A DNA stretch of 64,000 nucleotides, taken from Chiloscyllium plagiosum. Its lineage: Eukaryota. Location: positions 14,986,373 to 15,050,372 of the forward strand of contig NC_057751.1 in NCBI RefSeq assembly GCF_004010195.1, in the 5' to 3' direction. A model generated the notes under the pieces. It did no database searches. It saw only the letters and a list, made by a program, of their open reading frames with translations, and was not told the DNA's origin. Positions 37,740-49,746 of this stretch are shown here, in pieces. The position numbers and the translations under genes were made by a program. How positions within the stretch are numbered: position 1 is the first letter of the stretch; each line of letters opens with the position of its first letter.

Positions 37740-38419
37740 ATGCATTGTATTCCATGTATCCTCCATCCTGTCTCTATTATTTTGCTGTCCTGTGTGAAAA
37801 TGAAGTTTGAACCAAACCAGCTGATGCTTAGCAGATTTAGTACTCTAAAATCTGTAGCTCAGTCCATACAACCTGATCGATCAGGTAACTTTATCACAGT
37901 TTTCAGCTTCCTGTTAGCTGTGGTTCTGTAGGGCACGGTTTCTGAGTCAGTAGTTGCAGGTTCAAGTTTCGTTGCAAAAACCTGAGCTGAAACCCCAGTG
38001 CAGTGCTGAGGGAGTACTGCAGTGTCAAAGGTGTTATAAGAACCGAAGAAATAGGAGCAGGCGTAGACCACTCAGCCCCAAAAGCCTGCCCTGTCCTTCT
38101 ATAAGATTATGGCTGATCAGACCTAGGACTCTGCCTCTTTTCTGCCCTCTATCCCTGATATTTCAAAAATCTATCTTTTCCTCTCTGAATTCATTGTGGT
38201 CACACCTCCACAACTCTTCGGGAGAAAGATTTCTGGAATTTATGATGCTCCTGGAGAAGCATTTCCGTCACAGCTCAAATTTAAATAAGTGACCCTTGTT
38301 CTACTTGTGAGAAGCCTAGATTCCATTCGGCAGGGGAATCAATCTTACCTCTATGTTGAAAATATTCATTGATCTTGTTTCTACCACCTTCTGAGGCAGA
38401 GAGTTCCACTGGAAAAAGG

Positions 38420-40017
38420 TAATGTTGTCAAAGACAATATAGAGGTACAGGCTCCTAGACTAGACGGGGAGGAGGTGTTTGCAATTCTGGAAAGTGTGAA
38501 AATAGGTAAGTCCCCTGGGCCGGATGGGATTTATCCTAGGATTCTCTGGGAAGCCAGGGAGGAGATTGCAGAGCCTTTAGCTTTGATGTTTATGTCGTCA
38601 TTGTCTACGGGAATAGTGCCAAAAGAATGGAGGATAGCATATATTGTCCCTTGTTCAAGAAGGGGAGTAGAGATAATCTGGTAACTTTCGACCAGTGAGC
38701 CTTATTTTGGATGTGGGTAAAGTTGGAAAAGACTATAAGAGATAGGATTTATAATCATCGAGAGAGGGATAAGTTGATTCGGGATAGTCAACATGGTTTT
38801 GTGAAAGGCAGGTTGTGCCTCACAAGCCTTTTTGAGTTCTTTGAGATGGTGACCAAACAGGTGTTGAGGGTAAAGCGGTTGATGTGGTGTATATGGATTT
38901 CAGTAAGGCATTTGATAAGATTCCTCAGGATAGGTTATTGCACAAAATATAGAGGCATGGGATTGAGAGTGATACAGCTGTTTAGATCAGAAATTGGCTA
39001 GCTGAGAAATGGTAGAGGGTGGTTGATGGGCAAGGTTCATCCTGGAGTTCAGTTACTAGTGATATACTGCAAGGATCTGTTTTGGGGCCAATGCCATTTG
39101 TCATTTTTATAAATAATGTAAATGAGGGGGTAGAAGGATGGGTTAGTAAATTTGCGGATGACAGTAAGGTCAGTGGAGTTGTGGATAGTGCAGAAGGATG
39201 TTGCTGGTTACAGACGGACATAGATAAGCTGCAGAGCTGGGCTGAGTAGTGGCAAATGGAGTTTAATGTGGAAAAGTGTGAGATGATTCTCTTTGGAACA
39301 AGCAACAGGAATAAAGAGTACTGGGGTAATCGCAAGATTCTTGGCAATGCAGATGAGCAGAGAGATCTTGGTGTCCATGTACATAGATCCCTGAAAGTTG
39401 CCACCCACGTTGATAGCATTCTTAAGAAGGCATATGGTGTGTGATTTTCAGAGCCACAAGGTCACACTGCAGCTGTACAAAACTCTGGTGTGGCCACACT
39501 TGGAGTGTTACGGTGACCAGAACTGTTTGCATTACAAGAAGGATATGGAAGCTTTGGAAAGGGTCCAGTGGAGATTTACTAGGATGTTGCCTGGTATGGA
39601 GGGAAGGTCTTATGAGGAAAGGCTGAGGGACCTGAGGCTGTTTTCATTAGAGAGAAGAAGGTTGAGAGGTGACCTAATTGAGATGTACAAGATAATCACA
39701 GGGTTAGATAGGCTGGACAGTGAGAGCCTTTTTCCTCGGATGGTAATGGCTAGCACAAGGGGACATATCTTTAAATTGAGGGTGATAGATATAGGACAGA
39801 CACCAGAGGTAGTTTCTTTACACAGAAAGTAGTTGGGGTGTGGAATGCACTGCCTGCAACTGTCGTAGACTCGCCAACTTTCAAGGCATTTAAATGGTCA
39901 TTTGATAAACATATGGATGAAAATGGAACAGTTTAGGATAGATGGGCTTCAGATTGGTTCCACAGGGTGGCACATCAAGAGCCGAAGAGCCTGTACTGCT
40001 CTGTCATGTTCTATGTC
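38420..40017 (+). mobile_element. CR1 LINE ORF2 (RT) fragment of about 1.6 kb
   Basis: KSPGPDGIYPRIL, SQHGFVKGRLCLTSL, QGSVLGP, KFADDSKV motifs; frameshifts. Confidence 0.92.
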
Positions 40018-40779
40018 ATACAGCCCGCTGGAAAAAAGAAATTCTCCTGATATCTGTCCCCCTAAAAGGGTGAACCGTAATATTATAACAATGCCCCCTA
40101 GTTCCGGGCGCACACGACAAAATATATTTCTATGTCTACCTTGTCAAGACTATTAACGATCTTAGGAAATCAAGTCACACCTTACTCTTCTTATCTTCAG
40201 TGTAAACAAGCCCAGCCTGCCCAATCTTTCTGTTTCAGACAACTTATTCATCTCAGGTATCAATCATGTAAACTCCCTCTGAACCACCTTCACTGCGTTT
40301 ACTTCATTTCTTAAGACAGGAAGATAAAAACTGCAGTTTTCTATTTATAGTCTCACCAATGCCATGTATTGTTACCATACCTGGAAGCATAACATCCTTC
40401 CTTCCAATTGCTCTCATTACAAAGTGAGAGCATTGCATTAGCCGCCCTAATGATGTGCTTTATGTGCATACTAAACACTCATGCTCTAGAACATCTGAAT
40501 TTGTCTCTAGCATATAATTTTGCAATTGTTAGATTTAACTAACAGTCTGTTTTTCTCATTCTACCTGCCAAAGTGAACAACATCTGGTTTTCCAGATGGT
40601 ACTCCATTTTTGCCCACTTAGCCTATTCTATATCATGCTGCAAACTCGAGTCATTCTCATAACATAGTTTATGTATCTTTGTGTTATCTAAAAACTTATT
40701 TACCATGTCTTCATCACCCCCCCGCCCATCTAAATCACTGATGGAAGCTGTAAAATGTTTATACTCCACCAGACTACAG

Positions 40780-41053
40780 CATGGTGGCTCAGTGGTTAGC
40801 ACTACTGCCTTACAGCACCAGGGTCCTGGGTTCGATTCCTGCCTGTTTGTATGGAGTTTGCACACTCTCCCCTTGTCTGCGGGGGTTTCCTCTGGGATCT
40901 CCGGTTTCCTCCCACAATCTAAAGATGTGCAGGTCAGGTGAATTGGCCATTCTAATTTGCCCACAGTGTTAGGTGCGTTAGGGATAAATATAGAGTAGAG
41001 GAATGGGTTTAGGTGGGTTTCTCTTCGGAGGGTGGTGTGGGCTTGTTGGGCCC
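40780..41053 (+). mobile_element. HE1/V-SINE-type SINE, diverged
   Basis: tggctcagtggttagc A-box, ggttcgattcc B-box, V core. Confidence 0.85.
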
Positions 41054-41356
41054 AAAAAAGTCAAATAAATTTGTTAAACTTCTCCTTCACAAAAATATGC
41101 TTTTTCTTACCAGTTACCTTGAGATTTTCTAAATGTGCAGCTATAACCTCTTTAATGATCAATTCTGACACCTTCCCCATCATTGATGTTAAGGTAACTG
41201 ATCTATTGTTTCCTGTTTTATCCCACCCTCCCTCCTTCAATTTGCTCATTTCCAATATGGCAGAACTTTTCTTGAATCAAGGGAATTTTGGAAAACTAAC
41301 AGCAATGCACCTCCTCTCATGAACCACCTCTTTTAAGATCTAAGGGTGTAATGCAG

Positions 41357-42077
41357 TGTTATGAAGGTGTAAGGGGTGCTGTACCTTTAAGAGCATCAAA
41401 AGCTCGCAGAACTACCTGATAGCACCAAGTGTTCTGCACAAGATATAAAGTAACCTTTTGGTCTAGCTGCTAGTGTAGCTGGTTGCCTGTAGACAAAAAC
41501 AAATTTGAATTAGGCCAATCAGTTTAAATTATACCCCACAAAATACCAAACTCCAATCAAATTTGAAGTTAGTATATTGACAATATTAAAAACCAATGAC
41601 ACAATCCGATGCTTTGGAGATGTAAAACTGGCAGAACGTGAACAGTTTAGGGAGAACTGCCAAGCCATCAGCATGTACACTTTGCCTGAAACATAGTTCT
41701 CTTAAAGGTACCTTTATCAGTCGATGACCTGAGAAACAGAAATCCCTAAGAAGAAGAAAACTAACAGAGGAAGATACGAAGGGAAGATTCGACAACTGCC
41801 TGGATTTGAATTCTGAATTTTTGGTAAATCTTACTTGGGGGGGGGGGGGAGGGGGTTATCGGACAAGTATTATAGAAGGAAAATTAAAAGGTAGGTTAAA
41901 GGAAGGAGTTAGAGGGAGTTAGTTAATTATTCTGTATTATACTTTAAGAAATAACGTTGTTAATTTTTACTTTGAATATTTCTGGGCCTCTCAAATTTTA
42001 CAGATTACTGCACGGGGTAAATCATTTTGTGTTGCTGGTTTAAATTAGCAGGGGGGGTTTTACCACGTGTCGTAACA
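41357..42077 (+). mobile_element. Solo LTR candidate (approx. 720 bp)
   Basis: Ends TGTTATGA..TCGTAACA (7/8 inverted); flanks gcag/gaag; several CCAAT boxes; interrupts a CR1 remnant. Confidence 0.6.
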
Positions 42078-43914
42078 GAAGACATAGACTTGGAAGCTTG
42101 CAGGTCTGTCAATTTACTTTATTCGGTCTCTCCATTCCGCCTCATGCTTATCAGCTATTACTCAAAGTTTATTTTGTATTTTCTACAGCGAAAACAGTAG
42201 GAAACTACTTGCTCAACCACTATTTCTTTACTATCTACTATTAACTCCCTGTTCTCAATCCCCAGAGGATGAACACTCACTTTAGTTACTCTCTTCACTT
42301 TTTATATCTGTAGAAAATCTTCTTATCGAATTTCAGATTTCTACCCAGCTTCCTCTCATTCTAATTTCATCCTACTGATGGACTGTATAGCCATTCTCTG
42401 CCATTCGATATATTCTGAGCAAGCATCTGATGTGCAACTCATTTTCGTATAATTGTCTGCTTTTTCTTATGTTTGATGATTTCCTTAATTTTTGTTTTAC
42501 TGACCATGGATGGTGGATCCTCTCTTCAGAACTTTCTCTTTGTAAAAGGACCATACTTTTTATGACTATTCTGAAATACTACCTTAACTGTCTGCAACTG
42601 GCTCTCTATTGATCTATCCTTTAGCCTGGTTGCCAGTTCATTTCAGCTAGCTCAGCTTTCATGCCCACATAGTTGCTATTATTTTACTTTAAAATACTTA
42701 TCTTTGACCCAATCTTCTCCCTTTCAACTTGGATGTAAAATTCAATCATATTGTGGTGACTGCTGTCTTGGGGAGCCTTGTACTCTCAGGTGATGCTTAA
42801 TCCTGTCACCTTACACGATGTTTAGTCTAAGACAACAGGTTTTCTGTATGGTTTGAAATGAGCTGCACAAAAACACTGTATGAACTTCTCATCCAGACAA
42901 CTGCCAAAGGGATTTTTCTATTTTGTATGTAGATGACTCCATGACTCTATAAAAGTCCCCCATGAATATTGGTGCTCCTTTATTACAAGTATCCAGTATT
43001 TTATCTTATATACATTTTAGTTAATGTCACTGGACTTATGGATCAATCCTACTGGTGACTTATTTCTCTTGTTATTCTTCATCTCTGCCCAAACTGATCT
43101 AAAATCCTAATCTGTTGAACCAAGGTTTTCTCTCACCATTGCAGTGTTCAGGATGCATTGTAACCTTTGAGTGTCTCGCTCCTCATACCTTCTATGCAGA
43201 ACCTTTTTCCAAAGCTTACATTTCTACCTATATCATTGGTACCAACATGGACCACAGTAACTTGATCCTCTCTTTCCCATTGCAAGTTTCTCTCCAGGCC
43301 CCAAATGTCCCAAATTTGGAATTGGATAAGCAACACAGCTGTCGAGATAAATTTAAGAGAAAGCCAGATAGAGATATGAGGAAGAGGATGGGTGTCAATC
43401 TCCCAGACTGTACTATCCCCATTACCACTGCATCTCTTGTCACTCTTCCTGCTTGACTGGTTTCCTGTAACACAGTACCATATTAGCTCATCCACTCTGA
43501 AGCCCCTAAATTCATCGAAGAAAGCTGAGAGATCGTCAAATCTATTGGACAATGACAGAGGTTGACATTCCTCTAAGGGTCCTTCCCTGTCTCACTCAGT
43601 CAGAACCTCTTGTCTCTGACAAATGACCAAATCAGGAGACACTATCCTAAGTGGCATGATTGCCTCCTGATAGGAAGAATCCAGGTTATTTTTCCAATCC
43701 TCTGTGAATCACAGTATCTGTAATTTATTTGTTTCTTCTGTATTGCATTAACATTACCATCAATTTGTTTACTACGTTAAACTGATCATAAAGCATAATA
43801 ATAAAGATTCATAATTATTTTTCCAATTCCATCTTACATATTCTATATACGTCAATGTTTCTAGTAGTAAATTTCATGTCCCAACAATCCTGTATATAGT
43901 AACAATTGTCATAT

Positions 43915-44044
43915 ATCCTGATGAAGGGCTTTTGCCCGAAACGTCGATTTCGAAGCTCCTTGGATGCTGCCTGAACTGCTGTGCTCTTCCAGCACCACTA
44001 ATCCAGAATCTGGTTTCCAGCATCTGCAGTCATTGTTTTTACCT
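43915..44044 (+). mobile_element. Penelope-like family A element with intact minimal hammerhead (43915-43948)
   Basis: atc-CTGATGA-a-gggc-tttt-gccc-GAAAC-GTC-gat; 3' end catctgcagtcattgtttttacct as in the 2501 copy. Confidence 0.75.
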
Positions 44045-45309
44045 TATATATATGACCTGGGATGGATATGTTTGCTGCTGCTGTGACCTGGATGTGACTT
44101 TTTATTGTTTTAAATCTTTTTTGAAAATATTGAGAGAATTTACAGTCACTCCTGTAATTTTTCATTTTTGTAATTTATATTTATAGGTACCTTTGTCAAC
44201 CTGGTAAAATTTGAACTTTGCTTCCAGGAAACATCCTGAGATTTTTATTCAGGTTTTATTTGAGCCTGGCAGGCCCGAAATTGAAAAAGAATGTGAACCC
44301 TGGTAACACTGGTATTGCACTCTGCAAACTTTCAATATAGCTCACAGACTCTGTTCTTGGAGAACTTGCTGCCCCCACACCAAAGCTCACAAGTGCTGCA
44401 ATACTGCCCTCTGGTGACCTGACTTTCATCATCCTGGCTTGAGCATCGAGCAAATATTGTATTTGTGCCCCAGTTCCTTAAACAGCAGAAAGGACATTAT
44501 TTCTGTCTACATGTAAATTAGATCATTGAAAAGCCTCACACAGTTCATGGTCTGAGAAGATGTTAGACAGAGAAGGTTCCTCATCTTTGTGCTTTGCTCA
44601 AGCTGCAGAGGCTGCTGGTGAAAACCGAATACATGCAAATGGCTTCTCTGTTGCTTTGGTTCTGAAAATGATCATATTACATTGCTTTGGCCTGGAATGC
44701 TTTTTTCCTGCATGTGCAATTTGTATGAATTGCCCATTTCTTGCTATTGTATATTTGATTGAAGGCTGCCACAGCAACAGACTGTAAATCTGTTAAATAT
44801 TAATCTTCAGATCCTTCCATTAATTTGTTCCCACCATATCACTTTTTAAAAAAACGTATTCAGTCACTTGAGCTGGGCCAGCATTTACTGCCCATCCCTC
44901 GTTGCCCTTGAGAAGGTGGTGGTGAAGTGCTTTCTTGGATTGCTTCAATCAATATGCTGTAGATTGTTCAACAATGCCATTAGAGAGGGAATTCCAGAAT
45001 TTTGACCCAGAAATGAAATGGAAGGAATGGTAATATTTCCATGTCAGGATGGTGAGTGGCTTGGAGGGGAACTCGCAAGTGTTTCCATGTATCTTCCACC
45101 CTTGTTCTTCTAGATAGTAGCGTTCATAGGTTTGGAAGGTGTTGTCTGACAAGCCTTGGTGAATTCCTAAAGTACATCTTCAAGACACAACTCCCCTTCA
45201 CCCAGATTTTGAATTTAAATCTCCAAATTCTCTATTGGTAGTAGCGACAGCTGTTCAGATTTAAGACTGCAAGCTGTTGACAGCATTGAAGGTGGTTGGG
45301 ACAGGATGT

Positions 45310-45480
45310 CTGTGATCTCTTGCTATGAGCTGAGATATATCTGCTCTGTTGCTGTGGACATGGAATGTGCATGCTCTGTTCCTATGGTTCAGGGTTCTCA
45401 TGTTCTGCTGCTTTGGTCCAGAATTCTCACGGTCTGTTGCTATGGGCTAGGTTCTCATGCCATGTTGCTATGGCCATGAC
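45310..45480. repeat. Degenerate approx. 30-bp tandem repeat containing gttgctatgg
   Basis: ttgctatgag, gttgctgtgg, gttcctatgg, gttgctatgg (twice) at roughly 30-bp spacing. Confidence 0.55.
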
Positions 45481-45902
45481 GGTCGTAACTTGAAGCTCCA
45501 TGGAACAGTTGCTGACATTTTGTGTCCTTTTTCTTGCCTCTTTCTTTCTCAGTGGTGAGTGTCAGACTCCAAACCAGAACAGGACCTGGGAGTCCCAGGC
45601 TCGATGTTACAAGAAGCCTCTCAAACATCCCAACACAGGCCTCTAGCTCTGAAGCTGCAGGAGGAGACCTGCCTCTTTAAAAAGGGGATCCTGATCATGA
45701 AAAATCGTCTTTAAAATATACCTGGATGAGGATATTTATCCCTTTATAAAACGGGCCAGAAGATGATATGCTTTCTTTCATGGAATTGTAGAAGTCTTCT
45801 TTAAAAAGAGTCCTAATGAAAGTCCTTTCTGTTAATTGGATTGTATTGATGGTAAGACACCCTCCTTGAGTGTTGCTCAGTCTCTTCTCCATTTGTGTGT
45901 AG

Positions 45903-46062
45903 GTGGCACTGATGATTATGCTGGAAGAATGAGAAGCATTTCAAACATGCTGCGATGTTTAGGCCGTGACAATTTTAAATTTGACTTTGTTCCTTATGGT
46001 TGCCATTGCACCCGCAAGAAGAGGCGGATTCTGATTGGAAAGCCGGTGGACTTGATTGATTG
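45903..46062 (+). CDS. Secreted phospholipase A2-like (group X-type) exon: N-terminal helix and altered Ca2+ loop
   Basis: gtgtag|..|gtaagt; GTDDYAGRMRSISNMLRCLGRDNFKFDFVPYGCHCTRKKRRILIGKPVDLIDW; YGCxC..PVDxxDW motif; phase-2 end splits the W codon as in sPLA2 genes. Confidence 0.85.
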
Positions 46063-47609
46063 GTAAGTACTGCAATTCCTGGCGGTGAGGATGGAAGAGT
46101 GTACCTGCATTCATGATGCAACTTTCTCCATCCTCAGGATGCCCCAAAGTGCTTCACAAAGAATTTGCTTTTAGATTCAAACACCACTTCACACAGCAAG
46201 ATCTCACAGACAAGAATATGATAGATGATTCATTGAGTGGTTTAGGTAGTGTTACCCAGAAGAACCACTCTTGATTACTTTTTTCTTTGAATAGTGCTTG
46301 AGGATCTTTTATGTCTAACTGAAAATCCAACAATGCAATGTCCTTTCACACTACACCAAGGAACCAACCTGGATTGTGTGTTTAAATCTGGTTAGCTAAG
46401 GCTAAAACCTATGTTCACCCTATTCAGACAATAGCATTGAGTCATGAGAATAAATTTTAAATGGACAGGAAAGAACAGATGAACACAAGCTAACCTGTTG
46501 AACCTGCCCTATGCTGGCACAGTTTAACTTCTGCATGCAATTGCACCATCCCCTGTCCCATCCAACCATTCAATCTGTAAGAGAGGCAAAATAGAACAAA
46601 AGCCTCAAAAAACGTGGAAGGGAGGTGGCAGTGCAATGGTAATGTCACAAATTAATGTCTGAGGCATTCGTTCAAACCCACAGATAGTTCACCCATGTCC
46701 TTTATGAAGAGAAATCCGCCATCCTCACCTGATCTGTTTTACGTACAACTCTGCACATGCTGACTTTTCACCATCCTAATGGCCTTGCAAGCCACTCGGT
46801 TCAAGGGCACTACAGGATAGTCAACAATACAACCATTATGAACAATGTCGATGTCCCATGAAATGAGTTTTGAAAATTTAGGAGAAACCTGTGAAATTAA
46901 GAATGAATCTAATTACTTGAGGGGCTCAGTCATTCTGAAACCTGGATACTTGACATTTAACGAAATAGCAAAAAGGATTATAGATATAAATTAATAACTA
47001 ATAATAATACAGTAAAGTATGTATAGAAATAACGAAAATGGTAAAAGGCACTACAGAAAGTTTTGGAGAGGTTAGCGAAATGATTGAGTAAATCAAGAGG
47101 TAATGCATTAGGTATAATCCAGTGTCAATTTTGAAAGCCTGGAGTTTTTAAAAAGGATAGGGAAGTTTGGAGTTTTGTCGGCTTCCTGATGGGTAAAAGT
47201 CCTGCTTTACTTCTGTTGTTAGCATCCCTATGTAGTGATATTCTTTGCAATGACAGAAAGATATGGTCACGGTGCTGCAATCAGTCCCACAATATTGGCC
47301 TGTCATGGATATACATTTGAAGGAGACTGGTGGAAAAAGTACGATGATTTATGTAATATTTTCACTCTTTGAACCAAGAGTAATGTAGGAGGGTCTGCTG
47401 TTGTTTGATCAGCAATATAAAAAGCAGTTTGACAATGGAATGTCTCATCTTTTATATCTGTTACACAATTGTGTGAATTCTGACTATTATCTGCCTTCAT
47501 CATTGTAAATTTCCATAATGTTCTGATTCATTGATGCCCAGGTTAAATTCATCATTCCTCTAATGTAAATGTTTCTTCTAAATCAATGTTACTACCTCTC
47601 TTTTCTAAG

Positions 47610-47719
47610 GTGCTGCCTTCAACACCAGTGCTGCTACAAGACACGGGTAGGAGAAGGTTGCAATCCAATGGTCCACTACAGATGGAGCTGCATTGATGGG
47701 ATCGTAGCGTGTCCCTCAA
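47610..47719 (+). CDS. sPLA2-like exon: active-site helix
   Basis: ttctaag|..|gtaagt; CCLQHQCCYKTRVGEGCNPMVHYRWSCIDGIVACPS (the CCxxHDxCY motif with D49 changed to Q). Confidence 0.88.
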
Positions 47720-48074
47720 GTAAGTTTAAGTCACGGAGATTTATGTATGTTCAGAATATTGACAATGGAAAGTGCAGAGGCATAAATAAAGCAGATGCTC
47801 GGTATTTACAAACTCCTTAACCAAGCATAAGAGTGACCAGGTGAAGAGGGCAGTCTACAACACACATTGTAGCTTCCCTAGAAGGAAAATGTCTATTCTG
47901 AGGGAAGAAAGAAAGACTTGCATTTCTTTAGAATCTTTCAAAGCCTCAGGAAGCCTTGAAGCAGTTCACAGCTAATTAAGTATTTTTGAAGTGTAATAGC
48001 CGTTATAGTGTAGGGAAACATGGTGGCCAATTTGTGCATGGCAACTTCCTACAAATAAAAATGCAACAACAATG

Positions 48075-48260
48075 CATCCAAAGATGTGCAGGTTAGGTGA
48101 ATTGGCCATGCTAAATTGCCCATAGTGTTCAGGGATGTTTTGGTTAGATGCATTAGTCAGGGGTAATAATAGGTTTGGGGAATGGGTCTGAGTGGGTTAT
48201 TTTTTGGAGGGTCGGTGTGGACTTGTTGGGCCAAAGGGCCTGTTTCCACACTGTAGGGAT
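48075..48260 (+). mobile_element. 5'-truncated HE1-type SINE
   Basis: ccaaagatgtgcaggttaggtgaattggccatgctaaattgccc..gggcctgtttccacactgta. Confidence 0.85.
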
Positions 48261-49064
48261 TCGAACTCAAAACTGATCAGATTGACTATTAGTTGACGGA
48301 AAAATATTGGTCAGGCACCAGGGAGAATTCCCTGATTTCCCTCAAAATACTACCATGAGATCTTTTACACGGGATCTTTCTCTGAGGGAGTAATGGTGCC
48401 TTGTCTCATCCGAATGTTGGCACATTTGGTAATCTTGCACTTCTGGCAGTATAATATTTCATCAATACTGACAGTACTCCCTCACTACTTAATGTCTAGC
48501 AGTGCAGTATTCTCTCACTGAATATCTATCACAGCAGTATCCTCTCAATGAATTTCTGTCAATGCAGGGCTTCTTGAGTAATACCCCTGAGTACTGTAGC
48601 ACAGGGAATGTCAGCACCTCATTAATATTTTGTGCAAAGAGTATTTGGTATAACAGTTTATTTGAAAGAGTGGAGGAATGGGTTTCTTGTTGATCATGTT
48701 TGGACTACTAATATGGAAATGCCATCAACATAGTTATACAGCACCATTAATGTAATGCAATGTATCAATGTATTTGACAGAAGTATTATTAAATAAAATG
48801 AATCATCAAGTCACATAAGGTAATATTAGGTTAAATGAACAAAAGATTAGCCAAAGAGTTTGGTTTTAAGGAGTGTCTAAAAGGAGGAGCGTGAGGTAGA
48901 GTTGCGGAGAGGTAGTGGATGTGATCCTTCTGAGGAAAACCTGGGATTGTTCAATGTTTAAAAATGCTGCAATGAAACTGTAAAGAGTGAGTTTGTCTCA
49001 TGTACAGTTTACTGTATTAATAACATAGAATATTACTTTCTCTGTGTTGGAAACTTCTCAATAT

Positions 49065-49588
49065 TCTTATGGACCAAGCCAGACCCCTTCAAAACTTTTC
49101 AACAAGGTCATCCAGACCCTATCGTTTCCACTTGTTTTAAGCAGGTGTAAAGTGGATACTTGAGGAGTGGTGCAGCTAGCCTCATCACTCCGTTTCAAAC
49201 AAAACAGAATTTATTTGTACATGAATAAAAGAAAACCAAATTTAGAATAATGTAACTATTTGAAAACCAACATCCCCATAAACACCCCCTTGACAAAAAA
49301 GGTAAAATCAAGCACAGGTTCTTACAGGGGAGATGTCAGGGAGAGACAGGATTAGCAGGGGAGCTGTTTTTTGACCAGTAGCCTCAAAAAACTGACTGCT
49401 TGCTTAAACCCAATCAAACCAAACCCTGAACTGGGAGAACTGGCCATTTCCTTTTCATTGTAAAGTGTTTCAAAAGAAAGACTTAAAAACATTCTCAAGT
49501 AGATAGACATATAGGAACTTCTGACTTTATGATCCCTCTGAGAAAAAAAAGGACAACATTACCTTGTTAAAGAAGCAGCATCATCACA
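49065..49588 (-). mobile_element. Solo LTR candidate in an intron of the PLA2-like gene
   Basis: Ends tcttatg..catcaca; perfect 4-bp ATAT flanking duplication (49061-49064 and 49589-49592); AATAAA on the minus strand near 49210. Confidence 0.5.
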
Positions 49589-49746
49589 ATATGACCCTGC
49601 CTAGAAAGCATTGCTTATCTGGGGAAAATTAGCTATTTAGAAAATTAGCGATTTGGAGAACTTCTCTGAAAGTTTTTTAAAAAACGATTTTTGGTGAATT
49701 CTGCTCGATGATAGTCATTTCTGAATACTTTTTCCTCACCATTCAG

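Larger units (their letters stand above)
40200..43700 (-). mobile_element. Old CR1 element with ORF1 esterase remnant, interrupted by a SINE and a solo LTR
   Basis: RT-like NNRSVTLTSMMGKVSELIIKEVI (41061-41255); SGNH-esterase-like VVHVGTNDIGR (approx. 43220-43260). Confidence 0.6.

Noticed and set aside
38420..40017. Active retrotransposon ORF2
   Set aside because: 5'-truncated, with several frameshifts and stops.
44668..44728. Alternative signal exon MIILHCFGLECFFPACAI with a phase-1 gtatga donor
   Set aside because: The phase fits 45903, but the donor is weak and the signal-peptide character is poor; there is no independent support.
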